Assembly (NCBI RefSeq): GCF_009914755.1
Contig: NC_060938.1
Direction: 5' to 3' (one strand)
Source: the human T2T-CHM13v2.0 reference genome, Homo sapiens
DNA length: 64,000 nucleotides
The notes below the pieces were generated by a model. That model was not told the origin of the DNA. It ran no database searches and saw nothing but the letters and a program-made list of their open reading frames with translations. Position numbers and translations under genes: made by a program. Shown here piece by piece: positions 39,119 to 53,300 of this stretch (the stretch's first letter is position 1; every line of letters begins with the position of its first letter).

Positions 39119-42100
39119 TGGACGCAGAAGCCCCCACCCCAAAACATCCTAATTTCTCTCCCCGGTGTCCAGCCAGAGAGCGCCCAGAGGATGACGACCC
39201 ACAGCAGGGAGTGACAAAGCTGGCTCAGTTTCTGTGATGACCCCTTCCCCTGCTCAGCCAGGACTCGATGCCAGCAGGCGGCAGCTGCCACTGCTCTCCA
39301 GGACCCCTCCCGCCCCTGCTGTGCCCGGCTTTCTTCCTCCCTGTTGCTTCCCACATCTTGTTGCGGCTCCTCCTCTCTGAGTGGCGGCCCCTCCCCTGGC
39401 CAATCTCCCTGGCTGAGGTCTTGGCATCCTACCTCTAACCCATGGTGCTTGCCCACAAGTGGCCTTTGTTCCCGGTCCCGCCTCTCTATCCTGCCCTTGC
39501 TCCTCAAATACCATCTCCAGCCTTCGTCCAGCCCTGCTGGGCCCACACACCTTGCAAGGAGCAGTGGTGGGGACAGTGCAGTCTGTAGCCCTGTGGAATG
39601 CAGTCGTGGGTGGGGGCAGTGGCATGACTGGTGCAGGGGTGGAGCCATGGGGGTGGTTTGGCAGTTTGGTGGGTAGTAGAGGCAGTGCAGGGAGTCCCGG
39701 TGGTGGGGTGGGGTGCAGTGCAGGGGTGTGACTTTGGCGTGGACGATGTGACTTCCCTCTCACTCCTGCCTCCCACAGGCTGCTGCCCCTGGCAAGGGTG
39801 GCCAACATGTGGGGTGTTGCCACCTGATACCCTTCCCCTCACCCCCTTGCCCGTCCTTCCATCTGGCTAAGAGAACCCTGATTTGCTCTGATCACCTTGT
39901 TTCTTGCATATGGCCACCAAGCCAATCGTGGTGCCATTGGTCTTGCCAGCAACGGTTCAGGATGGGCATGGAGGTGGCTGGGGCAGTCCCGAGGAGATGG
40001 GAGGAAAATGCACTGGCGAACTTCCCCCATCAAAGGGACTCATAGGACAGACACTGTCACTGCTCCCTGAGGTGTGTTAACACGTGCAGGCGAGGTCTGG
40101 AACCAAGGGCCACCTTGGGACATGTGGGATGGAGCCACCAAGGCTGGGAGAGCAGATTGGGGAAGGACCCCAACCCCAATGAAGCCACCGAGGTGCTGAG
40201 ATATCCCATCTGCACGCCTTCCTTAGAAAGCAGGCCCTCCTCATCGCTGTGATGCGGGGACGAGAGTCACCACCTGCCTGCGTCATCAGGAGGAGCAAAG
40301 GGCTCACGGAGGGGGCTCCCAGGACAGGCTGTGGACACACTATGTGCCCCAGAAGGACTTGTTTTCCTTCCTTGAAGTGGGGGTGGCGGTGGCAAGAGAA
40401 TATGGGTCCCAGATGGTCCCCACCTCACCCTGGGGCACAGAGACTTCAATATTATTTGTAGTGTTTCTATATTTTGCTCTAAAAAAGGGAAAGAGTTGAA
40501 ACAATCAGGACAGAATGCTAGTGATTGTCCTTTCTGTGTGGCGGGCGCACAGCTGTGCGCGCTTTGTTCAGCGGACTGTTCCGAAATGAAATAAAACGAA
40601 ACGCAGAGCCGCCCTCCCCCCACCCCCCGTGCCCGGTCTGCAGGCCTGCGGGTGCTGCGTGGCGCGGCGGAGTGTCCCCTGCTCTGGTTTCAGGATGGCT
40701 CAGCCCAGCGTCCTCCCCGTCCCTGTCCTTGCCAGCGTTGCCAGCTCACGCTCCTCCCTGCAGCCCTCGTGCTTGGAGCAGAGGAGCAGATGGCGGCTCC
40801 GAGGGCCACCTGGGTGCCCTAGACACTTCTCTTTTCCCTGCACCATGCAGGGCCTGTGGCCTGCCAGCAGCTCCGGGTGAGGCTGTGGAAGCTGCTATGG
40901 GCTGAGAGATGGAGAGGTCCTGGTCTCCACAGGGAGGAGGGAATCAAGGGGAAGGTTCACCCTCTTTGCTTCTCTCCCGCAAGCTGCTGTGCAGCCCCCT
41001 GGCTCTGTGGGTGTTGGGGAAGGGGGGTGCTATCAGGAAATCCAGTGTAACTAGGGGTTCTGTCTTACTGTTTGGGCTTCAAGGGATGTCCCCAGCAGGG
41101 CCCCAAAGAGCAGCTGTCAGGCCCAACACATGAGCAGTGTCAGGAGGCCTCAACCCACCTCTGCCCAGTAGGTGCCCCCATTCCAACCAGTGTCCTGGGT
41201 CTCCCTCGGGCCTTGCTGCTTGTCTCTGCCATTGTCAGAGCCCGGGGAGTTCCCACCCCTCCTGGGTGCTGGGTCCACGAGGGGACTCAGCAAAGGGTGA
41301 CTTTGAGCCAGCTCAGAGCAGAGGGGCTGGGGGCTGGGGGTATGGAGGGAAGGGGTCTGCAGGGCAGGGGGCGGGTGGCCCAGAGTGTGGGTGGGAGCAG
41401 GTTTGAGGAGGGTGGATGCATGTCCAAGGGGGAAAAGGAGAGCTGGGTTTGTCCTGCTCTGGGTCTCAGAAAGTCTGAATGACTTGGATGAACCACCCTG
41501 TCTTCCAGCCTCAGGTTTAGCCTTTTGTAAAATGGTCCTGTTATGGAGGACTTGGGGTTACTGAAAGAACACAAGACACCCTGGTGCTTTATTCAATAAG
41601 TGCCGCCCCTTCCTGCCTCTGGGGCAGGCTGGTCACTGGCTCTGAGCACCAGGCATTCAAGACGCCTTGCTGCTGGCTCTGGCCATTTACTTGGTCTCTG
41701 TTTGGGCTTATCTGGGGCCTTGTGGCCACCAGGCCACCCACACGCTGAGCAGCCCGCCACCCTGAAAGCTGGGCTCTGGTGTCCCGTGTATACCTTCTTT
41801 GTCCTGAACTGCCTGCACCAACCTGTCAGGAGCGCAGGGTAATGTACCGGTTAGGTGCTGAATGCAGGATGGCTATTTCACTGTTGTTACGGAGAGGAAA
41901 ACCCAACAGTTCTCACCCCCATCCTCCTTGCCAACGTCTCTGGAGGCACGAACATGTTAACTGTGTTAGGCAAAGTTGGAGATTTCTAAGCTCCACAAGC
42001 CCCAGTCCGCCCAGCCTCCACCTTCCTCCCACACACCTCTCTCCCCCGCCGCAGCTCCCCGGCGAAGAGCGACTCCCAAGGTCTCCAGGCTTTGCAAAGT

Positions 42101-42542
42101 GATCATCGTGGGCTGCGTTGCCGGAGGTTTTCTTCACACTGAAATTATCCAGAGGGAAGGCGAGAGCCCCTGCGTGTCCTCTGTGGGCGTGCTTGTCAAA
42201 CGGATGCTGACGGAGTGGGCCCATGTGTGTGGATAACGCCCACCTTTTTGCTGCCCTCACCTTGCCTCTGGGGCCTGTGGTTATAACTGAAGGCCCCTGC
42301 CTGCCTAGCTGACCACTTGGTCATTCAAGGCGCCTCTGTGGTGTCCTCAGGGCGTCATAGTAGCTGAGCCAAGAGTGACTTTGCTGCAGCAAGAAGCAGG
42401 AAGCCAGCTGAGCTTCTCAGCCTCCTCTCCACCCACCCACTGGCTCCAGACTGGAAAGCGCGTGTTCTTCCTGTCCATTCAGTGAATCTCATATTTCACA
42501 TTCCCGCTCTTGGGTCTCAGGCAACCAGAGGGATGCCCTATT

Positions 42543-42990
42543 TGTCAGGACTCTTTAGGTTGCAAAGAACAAAGAATACAACTCCTGGTGGCTTCAACAT
42601 AAAGGAAATATATTGGCTTATGTAAATGAAGAGTTAGAAGCTTCAGGTAAGGCTTGATCCAGCACCTCAAAAGATTGTCACCACAGACGCAGCTGTACTC
42701 TGTCTCTCTTCATTCTTGGGATCCAAATGGTGCCCCCAGCATGCCCAGACACTCCCCTCTTGGGAGTAAAATGTCTGCCCAGACTGCAAGCTCATACCCT
42801 TAGGTCTCCTCACCACTCCATTCTGGGGAAGAAAGGATCAATTTCAGTAACGCCAGACAGTCCTGAAATTGCCTCTTTTATTGGCTAAAAGTAGGTCACA
42901 TGCCCGTTCCTAACCAATCCCTGTACCCAGGGGTGGGAGGTGCTGATTGACTTAAGCCAATGGTGGCCACGTTTAGAGTGGAGTTAGAGT
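42543..42990. mobile_element. MLT1-type LTR
   Basis: tgtcaggactctttaggttgcaa...ggtcacatgcccgttcctaaccaatc. Confidence 0.65.
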
Positions 42991-43230
42991 CAGTTGTGGA
43001 GAGTCAAGTCTCAGTTGGCCAGAGAAAGGAGAGGTGACCAGTGATTGTCCACTAGAGTCACCTAGCCCGGGCAGCACAGGCAATACACTGTCATTTATTG
43101 AGCACCTGTGACATACAGGAGCTATCTGCTGCCTTCATGGGTACAGTCCCATTTAATCCTCATGACAGCCCTGAGAGAGGAGCACTCGGACTTCATCTTA
43201 CCAGCAAGGAGGCTAAAGCTCTGAAGGGTG

Positions 43231-43282
43231 CAGCCACGTCACCACAGCCACGCAGCCACGTCACCACAGCCACGCAGCCACG
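43231..43282. repeat. 22-bp tandem repeat, about 2.4 copies
   Basis: cagccacgtcaccacagccacg at 43231 and 43253, partial at 43275. Confidence 0.9.
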
Positions 43283-43404
43283 GCCCCACAACTCAAAGGA
43301 ACAGAATCGAGGTTGGTGCCTAGGTCTGGTTTTCCATTTACAGCAGGGGCTTTGTGCAAGTCCGGAGCTAAAAGCCAGCATGAACTAGATCCTCAGCGCT
43401 TCCT

Positions 43405-43836
43405 GAGCTATTTCCCCTGCCCACCCTGGAGGGTACCGGGGCTTGTGGGCTTCTAATGCAAGCACCTACGTTGCCCTGCTAAGGGCTTCTCTGGCCATGG
43501 TCCTGCACTTTGGCCTGCAGGCACTGGGCAGGCTGGAAGTGCCAGAGGTAACAGCTCTGGAGCAAACCCTCAACTCAGAAGGGGCGGGAGTGGTGGACAA
43601 ATACCCTAGCCTCCTTGCCCTGCAGTGGGACAACTCCGAGGTGCGTTCTGTACCACTGCTTGGAGGGTCCCCAGCAGGCTAAGCCCCGGTCGCCACGGAG
43701 TCAACCTGCTCACTAACACCCCCACCCTGTCTCGCTTCCCCACTTTTGCACACGCTTCCTGGAATCACCTCCCACATAAGCCACTGGTACCCAAATGCTC
43801 GTCTCAGGGTTGGCTTTGGGACTTCCAACTAAGACA
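43405..43836 (+). mobile_element. LTR16-like ERVL LTR
   Basis: gggacaactccgaggtgcgttct...gcttcctggaatcacctccc...aactaagaca. Confidence 0.75.
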
Positions 43837-44354
43837 GCAACATTTGGGGCCTGAACCTCCTGTGTCCAGGTACCATGTGCTACCAGGCACATTGGGCGTC
43901 GACTTTTTATTTAACTTCTGTGTGAGTGTTCCCTTTACTGGCTCAGGATCTGTGGGCAGGGCAAGGGGAGGAAGAGAGGGCCTGGCCCTCCAGGTCTAGT
44001 TGAGGCCATAGGTCAGCACACAATACCTGATCTGGTGTTTGATGGACACTTCCTTACACTCCCTACCTGATGCCTAAATACTACCTACAACTTTCCTACC
44101 CCAGTGATTCCACTCTGCTTGCATGCCCCTAGAGATGGGGAGCTCACTACTATTGCGGCAACCAGCACCATCTATAGATGCCCCTGACTGCTTGAAATGT
44201 ATTAGCTACTTAACAAATACTGCATGTTGAGTAAATGACTAAACAAAATAATTATTTTAATATCAAATCTCCAAGTGGAAGACTGGGACAGCCAGAAACA
44301 CAATAATGCTGGGAATGAAGGGAAGGCTTGCATTTAGGCTTCCGTAATCTAATT

Positions 44355-44692
44355 CAGTGGGCCAAATCTGGGTCACTGTCTGTTTTTGTCCATCCTGCAA
44401 ACTAAGAATGGTTTCTACATTTTTAAATGGTTGGAAAAAAAGAAGAATATTTCATGTAAAATTATATGAAAATTATATAAAATTATATATAATATATGTA
44501 AAATTATATGAAATTCAAGTGTCCACAAATTGAGTGCTCCTGGAGCCCAGCCAAGCTCACTGGTTCCTGTCCCGTCTGTGGCTGCTCTGACATCCCAGTG
44601 GCAGAGTTGAGGTGACAGAGGCGGCTTGGCCTGTTTAGACAGAGCCTAAAATATTTACTATCTGTCCCTGAAAAAGTGTGCTGACCCCGGTC
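44355..44692. mobile_element. MER58-like hAT DNA transposon with internal AT-rich (aaaattatat)n
   Basis: gtgggccaaatctgg...actaagaatggtttctacatttttaaatgg...agcctaaaatatttactatctg. Confidence 0.8.
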
Positions 44693-47209
44693 TGGCTCAG
44701 CCTCACCAGCAGTGGGACCCCCCCTTTATATTTGAGGAAACCGAGGCTCAGCAAGATCAGAAACTCAGGCAAGGATTTGAGGGGCCCAACGCCCAGGATG
44801 GGAAGACTGACCCCAGAGCCAGGGGACCTCCCTCAGCCCGGCGCTCAGGCCCTCTGAGAGGCGGGTCCTCCCTCCCATGTCCTCGCTGGTCCTGCTGGGT
44901 GGCTCTGTGCTGCGCAGGGTGGGTGCAATCAGAGGCTCATTGATGCGCCGGCTTTGCGCGTCAGAGAATCAACGTTGCTTCCCCGAGCAGCTGGTGAAGG
45001 CTGAAAAGTGGGTCAGGTCCCAGGAGGTGCAGGTCCGTTTTTAGCTTTCATTAGGGCTTCATTCATTAATTCATTCGTTTAGTATTTACTGAGCAGCTAC
45101 TCAGTTCCAGCCCCTGCCATGGGGACTGAGAACACGGGCAGGGCTCGATGGAGTCGGGGTGGGGGTCCCAGCCCTGAAGGGGCCTGCAGTCTGGCGTGTG
45201 GGGGCCAATTATAGAAACAAGCGTGAAGTGGGGGTGTGATCAGGTGGAGAAGTAGCCCCCCAGCACTCACGTTCAGCGGGGCAGATGAGTGGAAGATGAG
45301 AAGGGCTCCTGACATCTGAGTGTTGGCGGGATGGAGCGGCAGGGAAGGCTTGCCAGGCAGAAGGACCTGCGCTTGCAAAGGTGTGGAGGGGTGAGGGTGG
45401 CGGGGGGGGCTTGGGCCAGCTGACGCCTATGTGGTGTGGGGGGCTGGGGCTGTGAGGGGTGAGGAGGCTGCAGAGTGGGTGGACATGGGGGCTTCTGGGG
45501 GAAGAAAGCAGGCCCCACGTGCGGTAGCGGAAAGGGCCCAGTGACAGCTTTGGGATGGGGTCAGGGGCCAGGCCTGCCACTTAGGAAGGTCATCTTGGAG
45601 CCACAGTGTGGAGGGGGTCCTGGCAAGGCAGCAGGGACAGAAGGCACAGAGGGGATGAGGGAGAGAGAAGCCTGAGTAGAGTGGGTGAGCTGGGGCTGGG
45701 GCAGCAGCAGGCCGCAGGCTGGGAGGCTCCTGGGGCCCCTTGGAGTGGTTTGATGGCCTCCGAACCCAAGCACCCCTGCTCTCTGCTCCTGCCCCAGGGC
45801 TGGGGGAGGGCACGGGTGGGGACAGAGGTGTTGGTGCTGGGGTCCTCCAAAGGTGCATCGCCAACAGCCACGCACCCTCAGCCTCCCCACCAGGTCCCTC
45901 CTCTGCAAGGACCCGCTGTCCCAGCCCTGCCACCTTGGAGAGGCTCCCCTGCTGTGCCCTGTTTTCTGACCCGAAGTATCCATGCATTCCCAAGACCTTG
46001 CCCCTGGGGACCGGGCAGGCTCGTGGATCCCCCATCTGATTCTAAACCAAGGCCAGACGCAGGCCCCATCAGAGGACAGACTGGTATGGTCACTGCCATA
46101 GCCTTCACCGTGGCACCGGCTGGCAGAGGAGCATGGGGCGCTCGGGGTGGTCCTTTGGGCCTCTGGAGCTCTGGGCATCACAGAGCATGTCCTTGGAGCC
46201 TCCCTAGAGCCCTGGGCGTGTTCGTACCTTCTCTGCTCCACAATTCAGTCCATGCTGCTGTCCGCAGTCCTCATGCCCTTGATGGTGATTAATGGTTGAT
46301 GTGTGTGTTCTCTCCAGAGGCTGGGCCCTTGGGCGCAGTTAGTACCCTCAGCCCTGTGGACCACCCCTCCTGTGTGCCCAGAAGCTGGTAATGGGGTTAC
46401 CAGATAGCCAGGGTCACATGGACTTGGGTGACAGGCATTCTGGGGTGACCAGCTGGGCAGAAAATGGGCCTCCTGGAGCCAGGCCAAGGAAAGCAACCAC
46501 CCCATTGGCTATGGGGTGAACCCACCCCAAGGCAGGGCCCAGGGAGCCAGGTGCACGGATGGAGCAGGCAGGGATGGGTAGAGCAGTGCAGAGGCCACGA
46601 TTAGTGGCTGAGGAGGGGGTACTGAGGGGAGCAGGGGCCTGGTGGGGATGGGTGCGGTTGAACTGTGGTCACTCTCTCAGATGACAAACAGCGCCAGCTC
46701 CTGCCATGTCTCAAAGCCCCTCCTCAAAATCCTGGGTCCCAGGTGGACTTTCCAGACCCCTCAGACTGTGCATGGCCCCCTCAGAGGCCATGAGCCCTGG
46801 TTCCTGACACCGTGGTGCAGGGTCCTATTGTGCAGGGTGGTGGCCCTCAGCTACCTGCTGCGTCCGTCCTCGAACCAGCCTCCCTCTCCCAGCCCTCTCC
46901 ACTGGGCTGTCCCTCCTGGGTGTGGCCCAGTGCCTTATTGGTGAGAAATCACCGTTGTTCCAGCTGTAAACATACAGTTGAGCCTGAATCATCGCTGCCA
47001 GCTGCCGTGGGGGGTAATAAGGGAGCGTGTGTCAGGGTTTCTAAGTTCTGCTGGGCGGGTGCACCTCAAGGAGGAGACACAAAAGCCTTGGGGAAGGCCC
47101 GCTCTCTTCTACCTGGCCCGCCTGGGGTAGGCAGGGTCCTTCTGGCACGGGAGGGGCAGCGTGGAGCCTCCGCTTTCACTTCCAGTTGCAGTCAAAGCAT
47201 CTGGTTTGG

Positions 47210-47489
47210 GGGCCAGGAGCAGTGGCTCACGCCTGTAATCCCAGCACTTTGGGAGGCCGAGGTGGGCAGATCATGAGGTCAGGAGATCGAGACCTTCTTG
47301 GCTAACACGGTGAAACCCTGTCTCTACTAAAAATACAAAAAATTAGCCGGGCGTGGTGGCGGGCGCCTGTAGTCCTGGCTACTCAGGAGGCTGAGGCAGG
47401 AGAATGGCTGAACCTGGGAGATGGAGCTTGCAGTGAGCCGAGATCGCGCCACTGCACTCCGGCCTGGGCGACAGAGTGAGACTCTGTCT

Positions 47490-47532
<43 letters not shown>

Positions 47533-47550
47533 AAGAAAGAAAGAAAGAAA
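47210..47550 (+). mobile_element. AluY-like element with A40(GAAA)5 tail
   Basis: Diagnostic gagatcgagacc, gctaacacggtg, gagaatggc and ggagcttgcag. Confidence 0.95.
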
Positions 47551-47869
47551 TTGAGCATATTGTTCTCTTTGTAAAGGAATAGAATTTCCTGCTATGAAGA
47601 TTGAAAGTGACTTTAAGGATACCGCTGCCCCAGTTCATTTTACAAAGATCCCAAGGTCAATCCCCTCTAGAGAGGAAATATGATCTGGTTTTGGGGAGAC
47701 ATTCGTCAGACCATGGGGTGAGCCTCAATGTCGCCTTGAAGAGTGAGGCAGGTGCTAACCCCAGGGATCCCCCAGAGGTGTCTAGGCCCTCTAAGATGCA
47801 TGCCTCCGGAAGACCCTGCCTCGGTTTCCCTCCAGCCACAGGCTGGTGGATGTCTCAAGAAGTGTCTTG

Positions 47870-47996
47870 GACAGGCTGGCTCACGCCTGTAATCCCAGCA
47901 CTTTGGAAGGCCAGGGCAGGAAGATTGCTTGAACTCGGGGGTTCGAGACCAACCTGGGCAACATAGCAAGACCTCATCTCTCTCTTAAAACAAAAA
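47870..47996 (+). mobile_element. Alu monomer (FLAM-like)
   Basis: Single left arm with short A tail. Confidence 0.88.
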
Positions 47997-48376
47997 TGAT
48001 GTGTCTGAAGGAGTCAGCCTCTTAGAGGAACTGCCCAAAGTCCTCACCCTCCCGGGTCTTTGTGCCAAACCAGCACTGTGGCTGGGGCTTCTCCTAGGCC
48101 GGGTCCTTCTCTGGGGCTTCCAGGAGTCTAAGGTGCTCTGAGGTTGAGACACAGGGCTGCGCAACCCCTTCCCTCTTCCCCCAGAAGCCTCCAGATGCTA
48201 CTGTCCTCATTCATGCATCCTGTGGATTCAATCATTCATTCAACAATGATGTTTTTGCATACTTACTGTGTGCCAGGCTTTGCTATGAGGGCTGGGAACA
48301 CAACAGTGAACAAAAGCCCTTGCCCTCACAGAGCTCACGTTCTAGTGGGGAAGACAGACAGTAAATCAACAAACAA

Positions 48377-48687
<311 letters not shown>

Positions 48688-48774
48688 AATCAACAAACAA
48701 AGCAATAATATGTCCGGGCATGGGGGTGTCTCTCCTGCCACTGTATTTGGACAAGGGGACTGCGGTTAGGGGAG

Positions 48775-48925
48775 GCGTCCAACACAGTAGCCACCAACCA
48801 CACGTGCCTGCTGAGTCCTTGAGATGTGGCGAGTGCCACTGAGAATGGAATTGTACATTTTATTAAATTAATTTGACTTTACATAGCCACATGTGGCTGG
48901 CAGCTGCCGTATTGGACAGTGTGGC
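48775..48925. mobile_element. MER3/MER33-like palindromic MITE
   Basis: Inverted ends gtccaacacagtagccac...gtggctggcagctgccgtattggac. Confidence 0.8.
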
Positions 48926-49434
48926 TCTAGAGGAGCACATGGACAGGAAAAGCTGTCACAGCCAGTTGGAAAGTACGATCTGTGGTCCTCAGTAGTAAGG
49001 GGTGGAGCCCGAAGTGACCCTGAGGCTGCAGACTCCAAGGTCCCCCCACCCCCGCCACCCCGTTCACTGTGGCGGAGGCCCTGAGTCAGATCAGCCCCTG
49101 GCTCCATCTGGAAGCTTTGGATTGGGAGATAGCTCTGCAGTAGAGCATTTGACTGCAGAAGCTTCCGATGCCCCAGTACAGGCCAGGGGCAGGAGCAGGT
49201 CTGGGGCAGAACAGGGGCTGCCATCACTTTGGCTTGGAAGGAGGGGAACAGGAGCCGACTCCACCTGCATCCAGGTAGCTTAACTCTCAGCACTCAGAAC
49301 TAAGACCACTCATCAACATGCTGTAACCCTTTGTCCTAGGAGATTCTGGTTCAGGAAGATGAGACTGTAAATCAGCGACTTGCTTCCTTGTTTGCTCTGG
49401 ACACTGTTTTCGCTGTAGTCTATCCTTTTCAAAA

Positions 49435-49992
49435 TGATTGATCGATTGATTGATTGATTGATTGAGATGGGGTCAGGCTCTGTTGCCCAGCTGGAGTTCA
49501 GTGGCATGATTTTGGCTCACTGCAACCTCTGCCTCCCAGGCTCAAGCAATCCTCCCACCTCAGCCTCCTGAGCAGATGGCACCACAGGTGGGCGCCACCA
49601 CACCTGGCTAATTTTTTTGTATTTTTAGTAGAGACAGGGTTTCACTATGTTGTCCAGGCTGGTCTCAAACTCCTGAGCTCAGGAAATCCAACCCCTTCAG
49701 CCTCCCAAAGTGCTGGGATTACAGGCTTGAGCCACTGTGCCCGGCCTATCCTTTTTGAGACAGGGTTTTGCTCTGTTGTCCAGGCTGGAGTGCAATGGCA
49801 CGATCACAGCTCATTGGGACCTAGAACACCTGGCCTCAAGCAATCCTCTGGCCTCAGCCTCCTGAATAACGGGGACTACAGGTGTGTATCACCATGCCCA
49901 GCTAATTTTTGTATTTTTTGTAGAGACGGGATTTCTTTATGTTACCCAGGCTGGTCTTGAACTCCTGTCTTGAAGAGATCCTCCTGCCTCAG
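49435..49992 (-). mobile_element. Two tandem antisense Alus (the first with a (GATT)n tail)
   Basis: Alu bodies at ~49463-49746 and ~49752-49992. Confidence 0.94.
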
Positions 49993-50107
49993 TCTCTAGC
50001 CTGTCCTTTATAAGCAAGTCATGGTGCCACCCACACTTGAGGGGTGGGCATGACACAATAACATGAATACCAAAAGCCACAGGATGATGTATAAAAATCA
50101 AGTTATC

Positions 50108-50390
<283 letters not shown>

Positions 50391-50584
50391 TTAAATCAAA
50401 TTATCTCTGCAGTGGGTTGCTCGAACTGTCCCCTTCACAGGACAGTGAGTGCCCATGGGGACCAGCCTCTCAGGTCGGTGGGTCCCTCAATGGGGTAACT
50501 GCTCATTATCAAATGGGACTCACTTTAAGACTTACCCTTGGCACTGAGTCTACCCATCCTAAGCTGTTGTATATCAAAACCTGT

Positions 50585-51796
<1,212 letters not shown>

Positions 51797-52047
51797 AATT
51801 CTTAAAAATTCTAAGAGAAAAAAACAAAACAAAAAACCTTTGCCAATCTCCATATTGAAAGGCCTGCTTTGAACTCCTCCAGCCCAGACCCCCAAGCCCT
51901 GTAAGTGTTAGCCCTGCCCTCCTCTCCTGGGACCTGACCCAGATCCTTAAGCAGTAGCTGGCAGGAGGTAGTCAGCTCCGCCTTGCCTCGGAGCAATGGT
52001 TCTGTTGGTCTTTTTGGGGAATAAGCAGCAGTCACATGGCTACATTG

Positions 52048-52116
52048 CTGCTCAGGAGTTTGAGACCAGCCTGGGCAGCAGAGTGAAACCCCGTCTCTAC
52101 TAAAAACACAAATACA
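52048..52116 (+). mobile_element. Alu left-arm fragment
   Basis: caggagtttgagaccagcctgggc...tctctactaaaa. Confidence 0.85.
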
Positions 52117-52493
52117 ATACTGAGATATTGTGGCCCGGGATTTCCATGTGGAAGCTGCTCTCTGAATGAAGACGGCCCAGGAGGTTGCCTGTCTGCCCTA
52201 GGCTATTGGACACCACATCCCCAAAGAAATCTGCGATTGTGCCGGCCAGTCCGCAATGCAGTCGCTCCACGTGGAGGCTGGGCCAGACATACGGGAGGAC
52301 ACAGGATTGAAGAGCCGGCCAGAGTGGACAGGGCAGCAGAAGAAAGATGGGGTGCACAATGTTGGGGGACCCTGGACAGCACCTGTGGATGTAGCCGCTG
52401 CTCCTGACAACTTCTGGAAGATTCCACAGACCCACGGAATGATGGCCAGCAGCACACGTGGATGTGGCTGTGCCGGTTGGTTGATTGGTTGGT

Positions 52494-53085
52494 TGTAGAA
52501 AAGAATTTTGCCTTGCCCAAAAAAGAGTTCAGGTCTTTGCTTTCAACTCCTGGGAGGTGACCTCTAGGTCCTTGGAATGTCCTGCCAAAGAGTGTCTTCT
52601 CCCTGCAGGCTTTGGGCCAGACCAGCAAGTCTAACAAGGTGATTTGAGGTGGGCAGTTTGAGTCACACGGTAACACGGTATCAGCTGGATGTCTGGGGGA
52701 AGCTTTTGACTGGGGTCTCCCAGGTAGATGATTGACGGTAGAGGCCCCAGAGAAGATCCTGAGCTGAATGCCAAAGCTTGGGCGAGCTTCCCTAGTTGAC
52801 AAAACCCCATGTCACAGGAAGTAACACTGTCCATGACCCCATGGGGAGAAGACAACGGGAAGCCCCGTGTCTGGAACTTTCCTGAACTCTGCCCCATGTA
52901 CCTCCTCCCTCAGCAGAGTCTAATCTGTCCCTTTCATAAGCTCACTGTGAGCATAGCAGCTTTCAGTGAGTTCTGTGAGTCCTTCCATCAAATTTTGAAA
53001 ACGAAGCATGGTCTTGGGAACCTCCAAACCCTCAGCTGGTGTCAGAAGTGAGGGTGAACTTGTGGACTGTCCCTTATGTCACAGC
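52494..53085. mobile_element. MER21-like LTR
   Basis: tgtagaaaagaattttgccttgccc...ctcctgggaggtgacctctaggtccttggaatgtcc...ggtgtcagaagtgaggg. Confidence 0.75.
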
Positions 53086-53213
53086 GACTCTCTGATTGGC
53101 AGATGTCCATGCAGAACGGAGTGCTGGATATGTTGACTGTCACCTTGGTGAGCAGGATTTTGAGAAAGAGCAGTTGATGTCGGTTCCCTCTTATAGGTTA
53201 TCCTAGAGTAGTT

Positions 53214-53256
53214 GAGAGAGAGAGAGCAAGAGAGAGAGAGAGAGCGAGAGAGAGAG

Positions 53257-53297
<41 letters not shown>
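53214..53297. repeat. (GA)n microsatellite
   Basis: Interrupted GA run. Confidence 0.97.

Positions 53298-53300
<3 letters not shown>

Noticed and set aside
46250-46275. REST/NRSE site
   Set aside because: Only about 14 of 21 bases match and the left half-site is poor.
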